Below, one piece after another: positions 38,749 through 49,189 of a stretch of DNA of 64,000 nucleotides. The notes beneath the pieces are model-generated. The model was not told the origin of the DNA and searched no databases. It was given only the letters and a program-made list of their open reading frames with translations. The DNA comes from Terriglobia bacterium. GTDB lineage: Bacteria; Acidobacteriota; Terriglobia; 20CM-2-55-15. Numbering within the stretch: the stretch's first letter is position 1; the number at the start of each line of letters is the position of its first letter. The stretch is from assembly GCA_965263045.1 (NCBI GenBank), contig CBDHGK010000041.1:1909514-1973513 (forward strand), read 5' to 3'. Position numbers and translations under genes: made by a program.

Positions 38749-38981
38749 GACGCGTGCAAAGGGTCCTTTCTATTTCGCTGGCTCCTGCGCCGGGTTCGCC
38801 GGTGTCGGGCCCCGCGGGCACCCGGCCCCCTTTTTTGGCGTGAAATGATCGTGTGCCGGTGTGGATCCACAGGAGCGCACCTCATCGAAGGGCACCTGGA
38901 GGCATGCCGCCTCTGGCCGTCGCCATCGACGGGAGGCAAATCGCAGTGTGCGGCAGCGATGCTGTAGGCCCCGGACAAAAC

Positions 38982-39587
38982 TCAGGGTTGGTTCGCAGCG
39001 AGGTATGCAGTCACGAACTCGTCGACGTGCCCCCTCAGCGAATTCAATACGAAGTTCGGATCACCCCCGTGCGTGCCGATGCTGCCCGTCGTCCAGGTCA
39101 CAGCCATGTTGGTGAGCACCGTGAAATCCGGATCGGTGGGTGCGAAAACGTCGCTGTCGTTGACTCTGAGGTAGTAGGCATTGCGGAAGAATGAAACCTC
39201 AACGTTGTAAGCGGACCCCACGCCGTTAATGGCGACATAGATCCATTGAGCTCCGGCATCGTCTTCCGGCAGTGGCGTTAAGTTGAGCGATTGCAGCCGT
39301 CCCTCGATCCCTGTCCTTACCTGTTCCCGGGTCAAACCGATTTCCATCAGAGCGGGGGGTACATCAGCAACGAGCAACTTGATGTTCAGGTAGTTCTCGA
39401 CTTCCAGTCCAGACCCCGACCGAGCCGCCTGCAAGGCCCGAAGTGCTTCAAAGTCAGTTCGGATGTCCCCGGACTCCCCGGAGACCCGGCCGCTATATGT
39501 TGGCTCGGACGCCGAATCCTGACTAAAAACGGGCACGACAAACAAACAGGAGGTGAGCACGACGGACAATATCAGTCTGGTATGCAT
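38982..39587 (-). CDS. Exported hypothetical protein
   Basis: Signal peptide MHTRLILSVVLTSCLFVVPVFSQ; AAGGA RBS; DEFVTAYLAAN C-terminus. Confidence 0.65.
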   Translation of the reverse strand: MHTRLILSVVLTSCLFVVPVFSQDSASEPTYSGRVSGESGDIRTDFEALRALQAARSGSGLEVENYLNIKLLVADVPPALMEIGLTREQVRTGIEGRLQSLNLTPLPEDDAGAQWIYVAINGVGSAYNVEVSFFRNAYYLRVNDSDVFAPTDPDFTVLTNMAVTWTTGSIGTHGGDPNFVLNSLRGHVDEFVTAYLAANQP

Positions 39588-39860
39588 GGTGAGTCCTTTG
39601 TAGGCGGCCTGTATTCCTGAGGAAACCACGCTTACGTTACAGCCTGCGCGGGGCGCGTCCCAAGAGAAAACTTTTTTTGAGGCGTCGCGGGCCCCGTAGC
39701 CGCCCACGTCCATTCAACCAAACTGTTTCCTCTTCGCTCCATTGCACGATTTCCCTGATCCATCTCTGTCGTCCGGCGGCCCTGTTGAACGCCCCGCTGT
39801 TAGTCGCGCGTCCAATCCGGCCCGACGAGGAGGCTACATCGGGTCAAATCTGAGGACGCC

Positions 39861-40012
39861 TTAAGTCTCGCCCCGCAGTGCGAGGATGGTCCCGCCTTCA
39901 GAAATCTGTTCGAGAAAGGGCTTGTAGGCGTCTTCCATGCCGACTGTGCCCGTGCGGTCGGCGTGCTTCCGGGCATGTTGGTCGTCGTCGCCGATGGCGC
40001 GGGTGTCGATGT
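39861..40012 (-). pseudogene. N-terminal remnant of a class I SAM methyltransferase
   Basis: DQHARKHADRTGTVGMEDAYKPFLEQISEGGTIL resembles the segment preceding LDAGCGSG, but the frame diverges and stops there. Confidence 0.4.
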
Positions 40013-40150
40013 TTGCGATTCTATCCTGCCCTTTTGCAGTGGTAAGGGCGCGGGAGCCAACGGTTCGAAACAATCTCGATGATGGGCCGGGATGGCCAGA
40101 ACCTCCGGCAGGTTAAATTCTGCAGAGAATTTCTCCCCGTTCCCCTGCCG

Positions 40151-40996
40151 CTACGGCAGGCTTCGGAAGATACTGTCAAGGAAGCGCTCGGCGTTTCCCT
40201 GCCACGAGGCGTAAGCGGCGAGAACCCCCTCCTCCTGAATCTGGTCCGAACTCATTCCCGCGGATTTCTTCTGTCGAACCATTTCAACGGATTGATCGAG
40301 CATGGTGTGAAAACGCCGAAGGTCGTTGACATTCGCCCTGGCCGGCCCGTGGCCGGGAATGATTCTGGCGTCAGAAGCGACCTGCTCCAGAACGTCGCCA
40401 ATATTGTCGGTGTATCCGATTGCGTTTCCGCCTCCGTCGATATCGATGAACGGAAACGTCTCGACCCAGAAGTGGTCACCCAGGTGGACAACATTGGATT
40501 CGGAAAAGAAAACGATAACGTCCCCATCCGTGTGTCCAGGCGGATAATGGACGATCCGGATTTCTTCGCCGTTCATGTGCAATGAGACGGCATCATCGAT
40601 CGTGACGATCGGCCAGGCAGCCCGGGGTTGATCCATCAGACGCCGACGCACGTTGCTGTGCGCAATGATCGGGGCCAGGCTGCCGAAGAACTCGTTGCCG
40701 CCTGTATGGTCCCCATGGAAGTGGGTGTTCACGACAAAGCGGAGAGCCCCGTCGCTGATATCGGAGAGTGCGGACTCTATTCGCGGTGCGAGAGGGGCAA
40801 ACTGGTCGTCCACGATCAGGATCCCATCCTCGCCTGCCGAGACGCCGATGTTCCCGCCACTCCCCTCTATGACATGGATCGGGCCTGTCAAAGATGTTGT
40901 CCGGATCTCGACGTCGTCGAAGTTTCGCTGCGCTGCGATTTGAGCGCTCAGAGTGGCGAACAACGCACAACACACAATTACCCAAAATTTCTTCAT
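40151..40996 (-). CDS. Exported metallo-beta-lactamase-fold hydrolase (cyclase-like), canonical motif
   Basis: GGNIGVSAGEDGILIVDDQF, NTHFHGDHTGGN, GHTDGD, HLGD, IPGHG. Confidence 0.9.
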   Translation of the reverse strand: MKKFWVIVCCALFATLSAQIAAQRNFDDVEIRTTSLTGPIHVIEGSGGNIGVSAGEDGILIVDDQFAPLAPRIESALSDISDGALRFVVNTHFHGDHTGGNEFFGSLAPIIAHSNVRRRLMDQPRAAWPIVTIDDAVSLHMNGEEIRIVHYPPGHTDGDVIVFFSESNVVHLGDHFWVETFPFIDIDGGGNAIGYTDNIGDVLEQVASDARIIPGHGPARANVNDLRRFHTMLDQSVEMVRQKKSAGMSSDQIQEEGVLAAYASWQGNAERFLDSIFRSLP

Positions 40997-41270
40997 GCCT
41001 TTCTCCTGTGCGGCCCGTAACGTTTCTGCGATTGTGACTGTAGAACCTGATGATATCCCAGATAAGACAGTTCGCTGTCAATTCGATCAGCGATCGAGTC
41101 CAGGTCACGAGCAGATTTTTCAGGCAGGGTCTTGATGGCAAGATCCCGACTGAGTCCACTAAGGACAGGGCTGTCCGACAAGCCCGTACATAACTATAGG
41201 GTACGCCTTATACACCGGTCAGAATGGTGATATCTTCAGACTCGGGCTCACCAGCTACTGGGGATATCGA

Positions 41271-43107
41271 ATGGTCATTAAGACGGGACTCCGCGCGGCA
41301 GGCCACCTGGAAGCTTACCGGGGGCGGATTTCACAAAACTTCGAATTGCCGATTCACATCGGTCGTCTGGTTGCGCAGTGGGACGAACCCGAATTCGTCC
41401 CTGCGCCGAACGCATCCCGGATGCGTGACCACGACTACGTCGTCGGCTTGGTCCACAAGGGCGTTGCCGTCGCGTTCCCCATGTGGGTAGCCGACAACTA
41501 TCACGTTATCAATTGTATGATCGCCGGGGATCCCGTGGTCTATACGACTTGCGAGCGCTGCCAGTCGGGGTCGGCTTTTCTGTCGCTTCTTGACGGCAAG
41601 CCGGTCAAGTTCAGTGCTCTCGGAATGTACAACGCCTCGCTGACGATGACCGATCGGGCCGATTTCTTACAGAGGGACGGCAGTCTGTGGCTGCACTATG
41701 AAGGTGTTTGCATCGATGGGAAACATCGCGGGACGTTCCTGGCCCAGATACCGACGTTTCATACCATGTGGGCTGAATGGAAGACGAATCATGCGGATTC
41801 GCTGGTATTGATCGAGCCTCGCGACAGGCACCATCGCGACGCGCGCCACGGGCACGGCCGTGAGGAGTACTTCGCCAGGCCCGGGATGGATCCGCCGCTG
41901 GTTCTGACGATTACCGGTGAGTTCGACGAGCGTTATCCGGAAAACGAGATCGTGCTGGGTGTCAATTCGGACGAGATGACAAAGGCCTATCCGCTGAAAG
42001 AGGTGAAGAAGAGCGGGAGTGTCGTGCATGACCGGATTGGTGACGTGCCTATCGTCGTGCTTGCAGGGCCCCGACCGGAGCAGGTCACCATGGCTGCTTA
42101 TTCTTGCCTGCTCGACGGAAGAGCGCTGACCTTTGGTCTGGACGGAGCGGCCTTCGTGGATCGGGAAACCAGGTCCATGTGGGACATCGAGGGTCTGGCG
42201 CTCGAGGGTCCGCTGGCCGGACGGCGCCTTGAGGCCCTCCGCTGGCAGTACGTCCGCTGGCACGCCTGGTTCTATCCCCACCGCGGCACCCGGCTTTATC
42301 TTCACGAGCGCACACTGCCGGCGTATCCGGGCTCCAATCCGGACGTCGGCTCGTTTCGGCCCATACTCGATGGACTGACCCGCCTGGAGCGGCCGATGAC
42401 TCTCGAGGGTGCGGTGTTCGATCTGAGCCTTCCGCATGAAGCGCCGGAGGGCCTGACCTTGCGTGTCGGCAATGACCGGCTCAATCTGTACCGTTTCAAC
42501 ATGGCCGAAGCCGCCGAGGACTATGTGCAGATGGAGGGAGCCTGGTTCTGTTTCCCGATCAGCAAGAAAGTCGGCAAAAGATACTCCCGCCGCGTGGGTG
42601 TTTTTGTGATCGAGTCGGATCCGGAGAACCAGTATGCCGACCCGTCACAGTTCGTTCGCCTTCCCGACCCGGCCATTGCCTGGTCGGACATCGTCACCGA
42701 CGTGAAATTGGACGAGATCATGCCGCCCGAGCTTCTGGACGGTGCGGGCAAGACGCAACACGGTTTCGCTGGACTCTTCGAGTGTCTGCGGCGGGCAACT
42801 TACGATGTCGTCGAAACCGCTTTTTTACCGCATACACAGTTGCGATTCGGAACATTGAACGCAGTCGCGGCGACGATCAACGCCGATCGCTTCGCCATCT
42901 ACAAGTGCCCCGATGGCGAACCGGATCCTGAAAGAGGTGCCTCATGCGATTCAGATCGATCGCTGGATTCTGCGCTCGATCCCCGCCATCATGTACCGGG
43001 ATCCCATCTACGAAATGGGACAGTTGGCCGAGAGCGAGATCCAGTGGTCCGATCTGCTGTCCGACAAGCGGTTTGCCGCCACCATCCAGTCGTATTGCCA
43101 CGGGTGA
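41271..43107 (+). pseudogene. DUF3179-like protein with C-terminal duplicated domain; frameshift near 42912
   Basis: AFP..NYHVIN, TTCERCQSG, GMYNASL, TMWAEWK..H.DSLVL, DRETRSMWDIEG; natural-looking C-terminus (..QWSDLLSD) lies in the shifted frame 42913-43107. Confidence 0.65.
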
Positions 43108-43123
43108 CGACGGACTCTCCTGG

Positions 43124-44290
43124 CTAGGCGGTCACAAACGAACGCATGCGGGCCTGGACAAAATCCTGAAGAAGGCACTGCGTCTGGCACCCGGTGCAGC
43201 GTGTCGGTTCGGGACGTGGGACTCCTGGATCGCGACGCAGGTGACGGATCATCAGGGCTGACGCGCGCTCGGCCAACTCCAGGTACCATTCGCCCGACGG
43301 GGGACGGTGGCCGTGGAACCGGGTACCGGAGGAGGGGCTCCAGACCAGCGGAATGCTTGCAACCCCTTCCTCGGCCAGCTCCTGGACGCCTTCGAGCAGC
43401 AATTCCATCGGCTCGACGCCCGCGACGAAACCCGAGTAGATCCTTCCTCCGGCACCGAAGATCTCCACCGCGACGCGCAATGCCTCTCGATACTTCTCGT
43501 AGCCGAGCCGCTTCTCCTTTCCCGGGCAGACCGCCCGGAAGAACGCCGGATCGAAGCACTCGAGGTTGAAGCCCAGGCCCCTGATTCCCTGGCGATGCAG
43601 CCGCTCCAGATCGCGGAGATTCTCGGGGGGCGTCATGATCGCCGTGCCGGGAAGCTCCGTCATTCCCATCGCTTCCCGCATGCTCTCGAGATAGGTTTCC
43701 AGAATTCCGATTTCCCGTTCCCCGGGGAGAATGCCGCCAGTGATCTCGAAGTGACGGGCCACTCCCGACTCAAAGGCGACACCGAACACCTCGCCCACTT
43801 CCGCCGCCCGCTTTTTCATCATGACTTCGTCGTACTGCTTGAAGGTGTAGTTGAGATTGCAAAAGGCGCACTGCGAGCCGTCCGCAAAGAGCACACAGGC
43901 GTTCGTGTGAGACACGGCAATGCAATCCTCACCGACAAGTTCCGCGATGCTGGTCATGGGCGTGCCGCCCGAAGTCTTCCGGTCGTAAAACGCGGGCCGT
44001 TCGAGCCACTCGAGGGTCGATAGCTCGTGTTGCCCTTTCTCGAGAATCAGCTGGTCTCCCCGACGCTGCACCCGGTACGGAGAGTGCTCGTTGAGCCGGA
44101 CCTGCACGACCGTGCCTTGCGGAAGACGCATCTCCGCCGGACAAGCCTGATCATGATGGAGGTCGAAATCGTATTCGAACAGATGATGCACCTGCTCCTT
44201 GAACTGCGTCCCAACGCCCTCGTAGGCCGCATCGGCAATCTGAATACCATCCACCAGAAGCCGGGTTTTCAACAATAGTTCTTCACGCAT
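43124..44290 (-). CDS. Radical SAM protein with CX8CX2C motif
   Basis: CVLFADGSQCAFC, ITGG, GFNLECFD..CPGK, C-terminal CTGCQTQC. Confidence 0.8.
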   Translation of the reverse strand: MREELLLKTRLLVDGIQIADAAYEGVGTQFKEQVHHLFEYDFDLHHDQACPAEMRLPQGTVVQVRLNEHSPYRVQRRGDQLILEKGQHELSTLEWLERPAFYDRKTSGGTPMTSIAELVGEDCIAVSHTNACVLFADGSQCAFCNLNYTFKQYDEVMMKKRAAEVGEVFGVAFESGVARHFEITGGILPGEREIGILETYLESMREAMGMTELPGTAIMTPPENLRDLERLHRQGIRGLGFNLECFDPAFFRAVCPGKEKRLGYEKYREALRVAVEIFGAGGRIYSGFVAGVEPMELLLEGVQELAEEGVASIPLVWSPSSGTRFHGHRPPSGEWYLELAERASALMIRHLRRDPGVPRPEPTRCTGCQTQCLLQDFVQARMRSFVTA

Positions 44291-44300
44291 GATCGTTCCT

Positions 44301-45224
44301 CTAGGGTAAAGCGAACTTTCTTCTATAACCTCGGGGCGACATATAAGTCGGGTGACGGCGGATGAAGCCCTCGATGCGTTCTGCATAGGCCTGCATCAAA
44401 TGGCTTACCTGCTGAGATCTCGACAACTCTTGTGGACACGACAGCGGCTCCTGAACCTCGATGCGGAAGCGCGCAGTCGGATCGATGCCTGCGAAGCACG
44501 GCAGGATCACGGCCCGGCTCAGCAGCCCAAGCGTGATGCCACCGGTCGGGAACGCGTATTTCTTGCCGCAAATCTCGACGGGCTGCCGGTGTTCGCCCGC
44601 GCCACCATCGCCGGCGATGTTCACGAAGCCGTTTTTCCGAAGGTGATCGTATGCCTTCTTCAAGTACTGCACGCCCAGATCTTCCTGCCCGAACAGCTCA
44701 TCGTCGTCAACATGAAATCGCGCACGACGCCAAAGCGAAAGGCGGTCTTTCAGGGACCTGCTGTCCGATTTCGGCAAGCGCATCGTAAACAGGTGATACA
44801 CCGGGTACTCCTGTGTTCGCAAGTACCACCTCAGAAGCCGTGGGAAGCCGAGATGGCTCACCAGCAGGACGACACCGTTGCCTCCCTTCCGGGCCTCTTC
44901 CAGCCGAGACCACCCGTCGATATCAAGAAACGACTCGAAATCCCGCGCATCCCGCGCCATGATGAGGGAGTTCAGATAGCGCTTGAGCTCCGCGGTCACG
45001 AACAGTTGTTTTGCCAGTCGCTGGTGATCATCCGGGGTCGTGTCATCGGGGAGCGCCTCGCGCAACCAACGATCCGCCATGACTCTCGAGTGACGTTGAA
45101 GACGATATTGCATTCGCCCTCGAAAGCGCAGCCAACGGACAATGAGCGGAAAACGCAAGCGCCCCAGAATCTCGAGCTCGAGACAAAACAACAGATACTT
45201 GGTCAATCGGAATAGGTTTTTCAT
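44301..45224 (-). CDS. LpxL/HtrB-like (lysophospholipid) acyltransferase
   Basis: IDGWSRLEEARKGGNGVVLLVSHLG, LRKNGFVNIAGD, FPTGG..L..AVILP, IEGFIRRHP. Confidence 0.8.
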   Translation of the reverse strand: MKNLFRLTKYLLFCLELEILGRLRFPLIVRWLRFRGRMQYRLQRHSRVMADRWLREALPDDTTPDDHQRLAKQLFVTAELKRYLNSLIMARDARDFESFLDIDGWSRLEEARKGGNGVVLLVSHLGFPRLLRWYLRTQEYPVYHLFTMRLPKSDSRSLKDRLSLWRRARFHVDDDELFGQEDLGVQYLKKAYDHLRKNGFVNIAGDGGAGEHRQPVEICGKKYAFPTGGITLGLLSRAVILPCFAGIDPTARFRIEVQEPLSCPQELSRSQQVSHLMQAYAERIEGFIRRHPTYMSPRGYRRKFALP

Positions 45225-45225
45225 C

Positions 45226-45930
45226 TCAAGCTCGACGGGCGAGGACCCGCCAGAAGAACGCCTTTGAAACTCGAAGCCATTCGGCGGGCCGGGCCGCGTC
45301 GCGTGAGAGGGCCAGCTCGAGCTCTTGGTGCAGGAGCGATTCGATTCGAAAAGCCCGGAAGAAGTCGCGTACCTCGCCTTCCGATGAGAAATGATGGGGT
45401 ATTCCGGCCTCACCGGCACCATTGAAGACGTGGGGAAACATGCCCGGGCTGATGTACGTGTGTGACTCCACGGATTCGCCCCGACCATACATACGATTCT
45501 CGCGGGACGGCAGCGTCACATAACAAATACCGCCGCCCCGGAGCTTGGAATGCATTAGCGCAACCATCGCCTTCACCCTTTCGGTCGTTCCATGGTAGAT
45601 GCTGTTGAATGCAATCACGGCATCGAAGTACCCATTGGGATAGGGAATATCTTCCATTTCGCCGCACCACAGGGTTGCCGTGCGCCCCTGTGACTCAAGC
45701 CATCGCCTGCATATCGTGATGCCCGAGTCCGAATGATCCATCCCGTAGGCTTCGAAACCCTGACGCGACAGGAGGTCGATATGCCTGCCGATACCGCAGC
45801 CGACGTCGAGGACTCGCGTGATCTCTTCCTTTGCTTTCCAGTCTGAGACCAGTGCCTGAACACCACGGTCCGGTATGCTCCAGAGCCGCTTGGCGCCGTC
45901 GCCTTCCCAGATTTCCTGCCACTGCTCCAT
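45226..45930 (-). CDS. Class I SAM-dependent methyltransferase
   Basis: VLDVGCGIGRH, YGMDHS, FDAVIAFNSIYH. Confidence 0.88.
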   Translation of the reverse strand: MEQWQEIWEGDGAKRLWSIPDRGVQALVSDWKAKEEITRVLDVGCGIGRHIDLLSRQGFEAYGMDHSDSGITICRRWLESQGRTATLWCGEMEDIPYPNGYFDAVIAFNSIYHGTTERVKAMVALMHSKLRGGGICYVTLPSRENRMYGRGESVESHTYISPGMFPHVFNGAGEAGIPHHFSSEGEVRDFFRAFRIESLLHQELELALSRDAARPAEWLRVSKAFFWRVLARRA

Positions 45931-45931
45931 G

Positions 45932-47407
45932 TCAGACTCGACCCGGATTTGCCGCACCGCGGAAACCGAGAACCGCCGCCCCCGGCTCGTCTCGAATCTC
46001 GATGAACCGCGGGATCTTGTACTCGGCCAGCCTCCCGCGACAGAATTCGAGTACCTCCTCCGGCGTGCACGCCTCCCGGCACACGAGGGTCGCCTTGACC
46101 GTTTCTCCGCCCAACAGCGAAGAGGCCGGTGAGACGATCGCTTCCCGGACCTTGGGATAGCTCAATAGAACGGCTTCGATCTCCGCGGGATTCACCTTGC
46201 GCCCCGCCACGTTGATGAAACTTCGGCGGCGGCCCGTGACGTAGAGACGGCCTTCGCGGTCGATGCGGCCCGAGTCGCCCGTGCGAATCCATCCGTTTGC
46301 GTCCGGCAGCCGTGTCGGCTCGAGTGGAAGATCGCCCCGGGCCGTCGACATCGACCAGGAGGCCGACGACGCGCTGCTGACGGCGATATCGCCCTCTTCA
46401 TCCTCGGGCGCCGGCTGCCCGGAATCATTCCAGATTTCCACACGAGTGCCCGGTATCGGGCGCCCCACCGAATCGGCAGTGGCCTCAGGATCGCTGTCCA
46501 TATTGACGGTCACCACGCCGGTTTCCGAACTCCCGTAACTCTGACGCAGGACGAGCCCCAGGCGGTCGTGGACCTTGACCCATGTGTCGCGATCGAGAGG
46601 CGCACCCCCGGTAACGCACAACCGCAGGTGTGACAAGTCCACGGGTTCGGGCATCGGCGTGTCGGCGAGAACGGAGAAGATGAACGGCACTGCCGACAAG
46701 AACGTAATGCGATGTCGTTCGAGCAGACGCAGGGTGTCGCGTCGTTCGAAACGTGGTTGCAGCACCAGCGTCGCGCCAGAGGCCAATGACGCCAGCAGCC
46801 CGCTGCAGAATCCCTGGCCGTGGCTCATGGGAATGGCGCACAGAATCCGGTCGTCAGGTGTGAGGCCGAGCGTCGCGCTGTAGGCCGATGACAGGGCTCG
46901 AAGGTTGGCGGACGTCCGGACGACGAGCTTCGGCCTACCCGTCGTCCCCGAGGTGAACAACGCCAGTGCGGGCCCGTCTTCGGTCGGAGATGGAACCGGC
47001 CCGCACGACTCCCTGACGGCTTCCTGTTCGGCCAGAAATAGTCGGTCGAGCACCTGGTCCTGGACGAGTCGACGACACATCGACGACCACCGATCTCCAG
47101 CCAGCAAGGTCCTGCATCGCGTCAGCTCCAGCGCTTCTCTGATCTCGGTCGCCGTCCAGTCCGGACTCAGGGGAACCGCTACGGCTCCGATGCGGGACAC
47201 GGCCAGAAATGCGCGAACGAACGGGGAACCGTTCGGGAGGATCAGAGCCACGGTATCGCCGGACTGGACGCCGCGGGCGGCGAGGTCACCCGAGAACAGC
47301 CCGACCCGTCGGTCAAGCTCTTTCCAAGTGAGCTTTTCGCTGCCGTCGACAACGGACAATGCGCACGGGCGATCGATCGCATGGCGCGAAAGTAGTTCCG
47401 TCGTCAT
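45932..47407 (-). CDS. Adenylate-forming acyl-CoA/acyl-ACP ligase
   Basis: FTSGTTGRPK, SYGSSETG, RTGDSG, GRKVNPAEIE, YKIPR. Confidence 0.9.
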   Translation of the reverse strand: MTTELLSRHAIDRPCALSVVDGSEKLTWKELDRRVGLFSGDLAARGVQSGDTVALILPNGSPFVRAFLAVSRIGAVAVPLSPDWTATEIREALELTRCRTLLAGDRWSSMCRRLVQDQVLDRLFLAEQEAVRESCGPVPSPTEDGPALALFTSGTTGRPKLVVRTSANLRALSSAYSATLGLTPDDRILCAIPMSHGQGFCSGLLASLASGATLVLQPRFERRDTLRLLERHRITFLSAVPFIFSVLADTPMPEPVDLSHLRLCVTGGAPLDRDTWVKVHDRLGLVLRQSYGSSETGVVTVNMDSDPEATADSVGRPIPGTRVEIWNDSGQPAPEDEEGDIAVSSASSASWSMSTARGDLPLEPTRLPDANGWIRTGDSGRIDREGRLYVTGRRRSFINVAGRKVNPAEIEAVLLSYPKVREAIVSPASSLLGGETVKATLVCREACTPEEVLEFCRGRLAEYKIPRFIEIRDEPGAAVLGFRGAANPGRV

Positions 47408-47691
47408 CCGACGCTTTCTTGCTTCGCCTCGGGCGTGTTCCCCAGCTCCCGATGAACGAGCTCGGCGAGCGTGTGCAGTGACTCGAAATGCTCGATGGTC
47501 AAGAGGCTGTCATCGAGAACGATTCCGAATTCGTGCTCGATCGTGACGACGAACTCCAAGAGCGCAACGGAGTCGAGGGAGAGCCCCTTTTTCACCAGAG
47601 CGACATCGGCGTCGATATTGCCAGGATTCGCGTCCCTCAAGACCTGCTGCAAGACGGTCTTGAGACGTTCTTCAACTGTTTTGATTTCCAA
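47404..47691 (-). CDS. Acyl carrier protein
   Basis: GLSLDSVALLEFVVTIEHEFGI (phosphopantetheine Ser); TTG start behind AGGAGG. Confidence 0.88.
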   Translation of the reverse strand: MEIKTVEERLKTVLQQVLRDANPGNIDADVALVKKGLSLDSVALLEFVVTIEHEFGIVLDDSLLTIEHFESLHTLAELVHRELGNTPEAKQESVG

Positions 47692-47959
47692 GTTTGCTCC
47701 TCCTGCGGGCCGCTCGAAGCGATTGTCCTGGCGGGATTCTAGAATACTTTTTGGTTAGCCCCCAGGATTACTAATCGAGTATAGGAGAAAGGCGCGCCTT
47801 CCCGTTATAGAATCTGGTCGGAATGGCCACTTGTGGGGTTAGGTCGCAGTCCCCGGTGGTGGGGTCGAATAAATCAACGGACTGAACCGCGCTGCGTTTG
47901 ACTGCGTGACACTGAAAACTCTGGCACACTAACTGGAGGTACGACGGTAAGACCACTCG

Positions 47960-49099
47960 ATGAAACTGCTATTTGTTACGCCAAAACCCTTTTATCCCGA
48001 ATCGTCGGGAGGCGCTCAATTGTCGTCGCTGCTTCTGTTCGAGCGACTGCAGGAGCGGGGCTGGACCATTGAAGTGATCAGCGGCATCGACCTGTTGTCG
48101 CCGCGTTTGCGACGCCATATCTGGGCAAATCTATCGCACTTCCGGCTGCCGACGTACGTTTTGAGCGACGATGATCAGGCCTATCGGTGCTGGCGTCGGC
48201 CCATCTGTCCGCTGTTGCCCGTCGCCAAGGGGATCGACCGGAAACTCTGGGCCGCCTGGTTTGAATGTCGCCTTAAGGCGTTTAAACCCACTGTCGTCCT
48301 GGGCGAAGCCGCGGCCACCGAGCCGTTTTTCAAACAGGCAATCGGTCTGGGCTACCCCTGTGTCAAGATGATCCGGTCCCTTCCCGTGGTCGATATCCCG
48401 AGTATAGTCCCTCCTGAATTGCACTGGATCGGAAACTCACCCTACAGTGCGGCGATCGCCCGGGATGTGACGGGGCGTCCGGCGCACTTTGTGTTGCCTC
48501 TGATAAACCCGGACATGTATCGGGCTGAGACCCACACTCCCCGCCTGATCACCTTCATCAATCCGACGGCTCAGAAAGGGGTTGAGATCGCCACTGAAAT
48601 CGCCCGTCTACTGCCCGACGAGCCTTTTCTCTTTGTAAAAGGTAAGTGGTCCGGATTCCGGCCCGGTCGGATCGAGAGGATTCTACGGCCGGTCCGGGTT
48701 CTGCCCAACGTCGAGATCTGGGAAAACCAGACGGATATGCGCAGGGTCTATGCGTTGACCAAGATCCTGCTTGTCCCATCGCAGTTCATCGAGACATTCG
48801 GACGCGTTATCATCGAAGCCCAGCTCAATGGAATCCCGGTTGTTGCATCAAGGGTGGGTGGGGTGGCTGCCACACTTGGCCACGGAGGTATCCTCGTCGA
48901 GCCCCGTAACGATCCGATGGCCTACGTCCAGGCACTGCGGGTACTATTAGACGATAGAGGACGTTATGAGCACTACGCCCGGCTTGGACGGGAAAACGCG
49001 GACCGGCCCGAGTTTAATCCCAACGTTCAGGCAGATAAATTTGACTCTTTCCTGCGAAATGATGTGCTGGGCCAGGGAGCGATGGGGAGCCGGGCGTAG
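47960..49099 (+). CDS. Glycosyltransferase family 4
   Basis: SGGAQ, QKGVE, ETFGRVIIEAQLNGIPVVASRVGG. Confidence 0.9.
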   Translation: MKLLFVTPKPFYPESSGGAQLSSLLLFERLQERGWTIEVISGIDLLSPRLRRHIWANLSHFRLPTYVLSDDDQAYRCWRRPICPLLPVAKGIDRKLWAAWFECRLKAFKPTVVLGEAAATEPFFKQAIGLGYPCVKMIRSLPVVDIPSIVPPELHWIGNSPYSAAIARDVTGRPAHFVLPLINPDMYRAETHTPRLITFINPTAQKGVEIATEIARLLPDEPFLFVKGKWSGFRPGRIERILRPVRVLPNVEIWENQTDMRRVYALTKILLVPSQFIETFGRVIIEAQLNGIPVVASRVGGVAATLGHGGILVEPRNDPMAYVQALRVLLDDRGRYEHYARLGRENADRPEFNPNVQADKFDSFLRNDVLGQGAMGSRA

Positions 49100-49189
49100 A
49101 TCACGCGCGGACTCGACCCGGACCGATTCTCCTGCCGACGGGCTATTCAGCAGGCAGGGCGATCCGATCAAGACGCAGCCGATAGCGGA

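Noticed and set aside
40151-40996. Beta-lactam resistance gene
   Set aside because: Motifs match the widespread cyclase-like MBL-fold hydrolases; fold alone does not imply beta-lactamase activity.
41271-43107. Second selenoprotein (DUF3179 members are often Sec-containing)
   Set aside because: The motif is CERC with ordinary Cys codons; no in-frame TGA.
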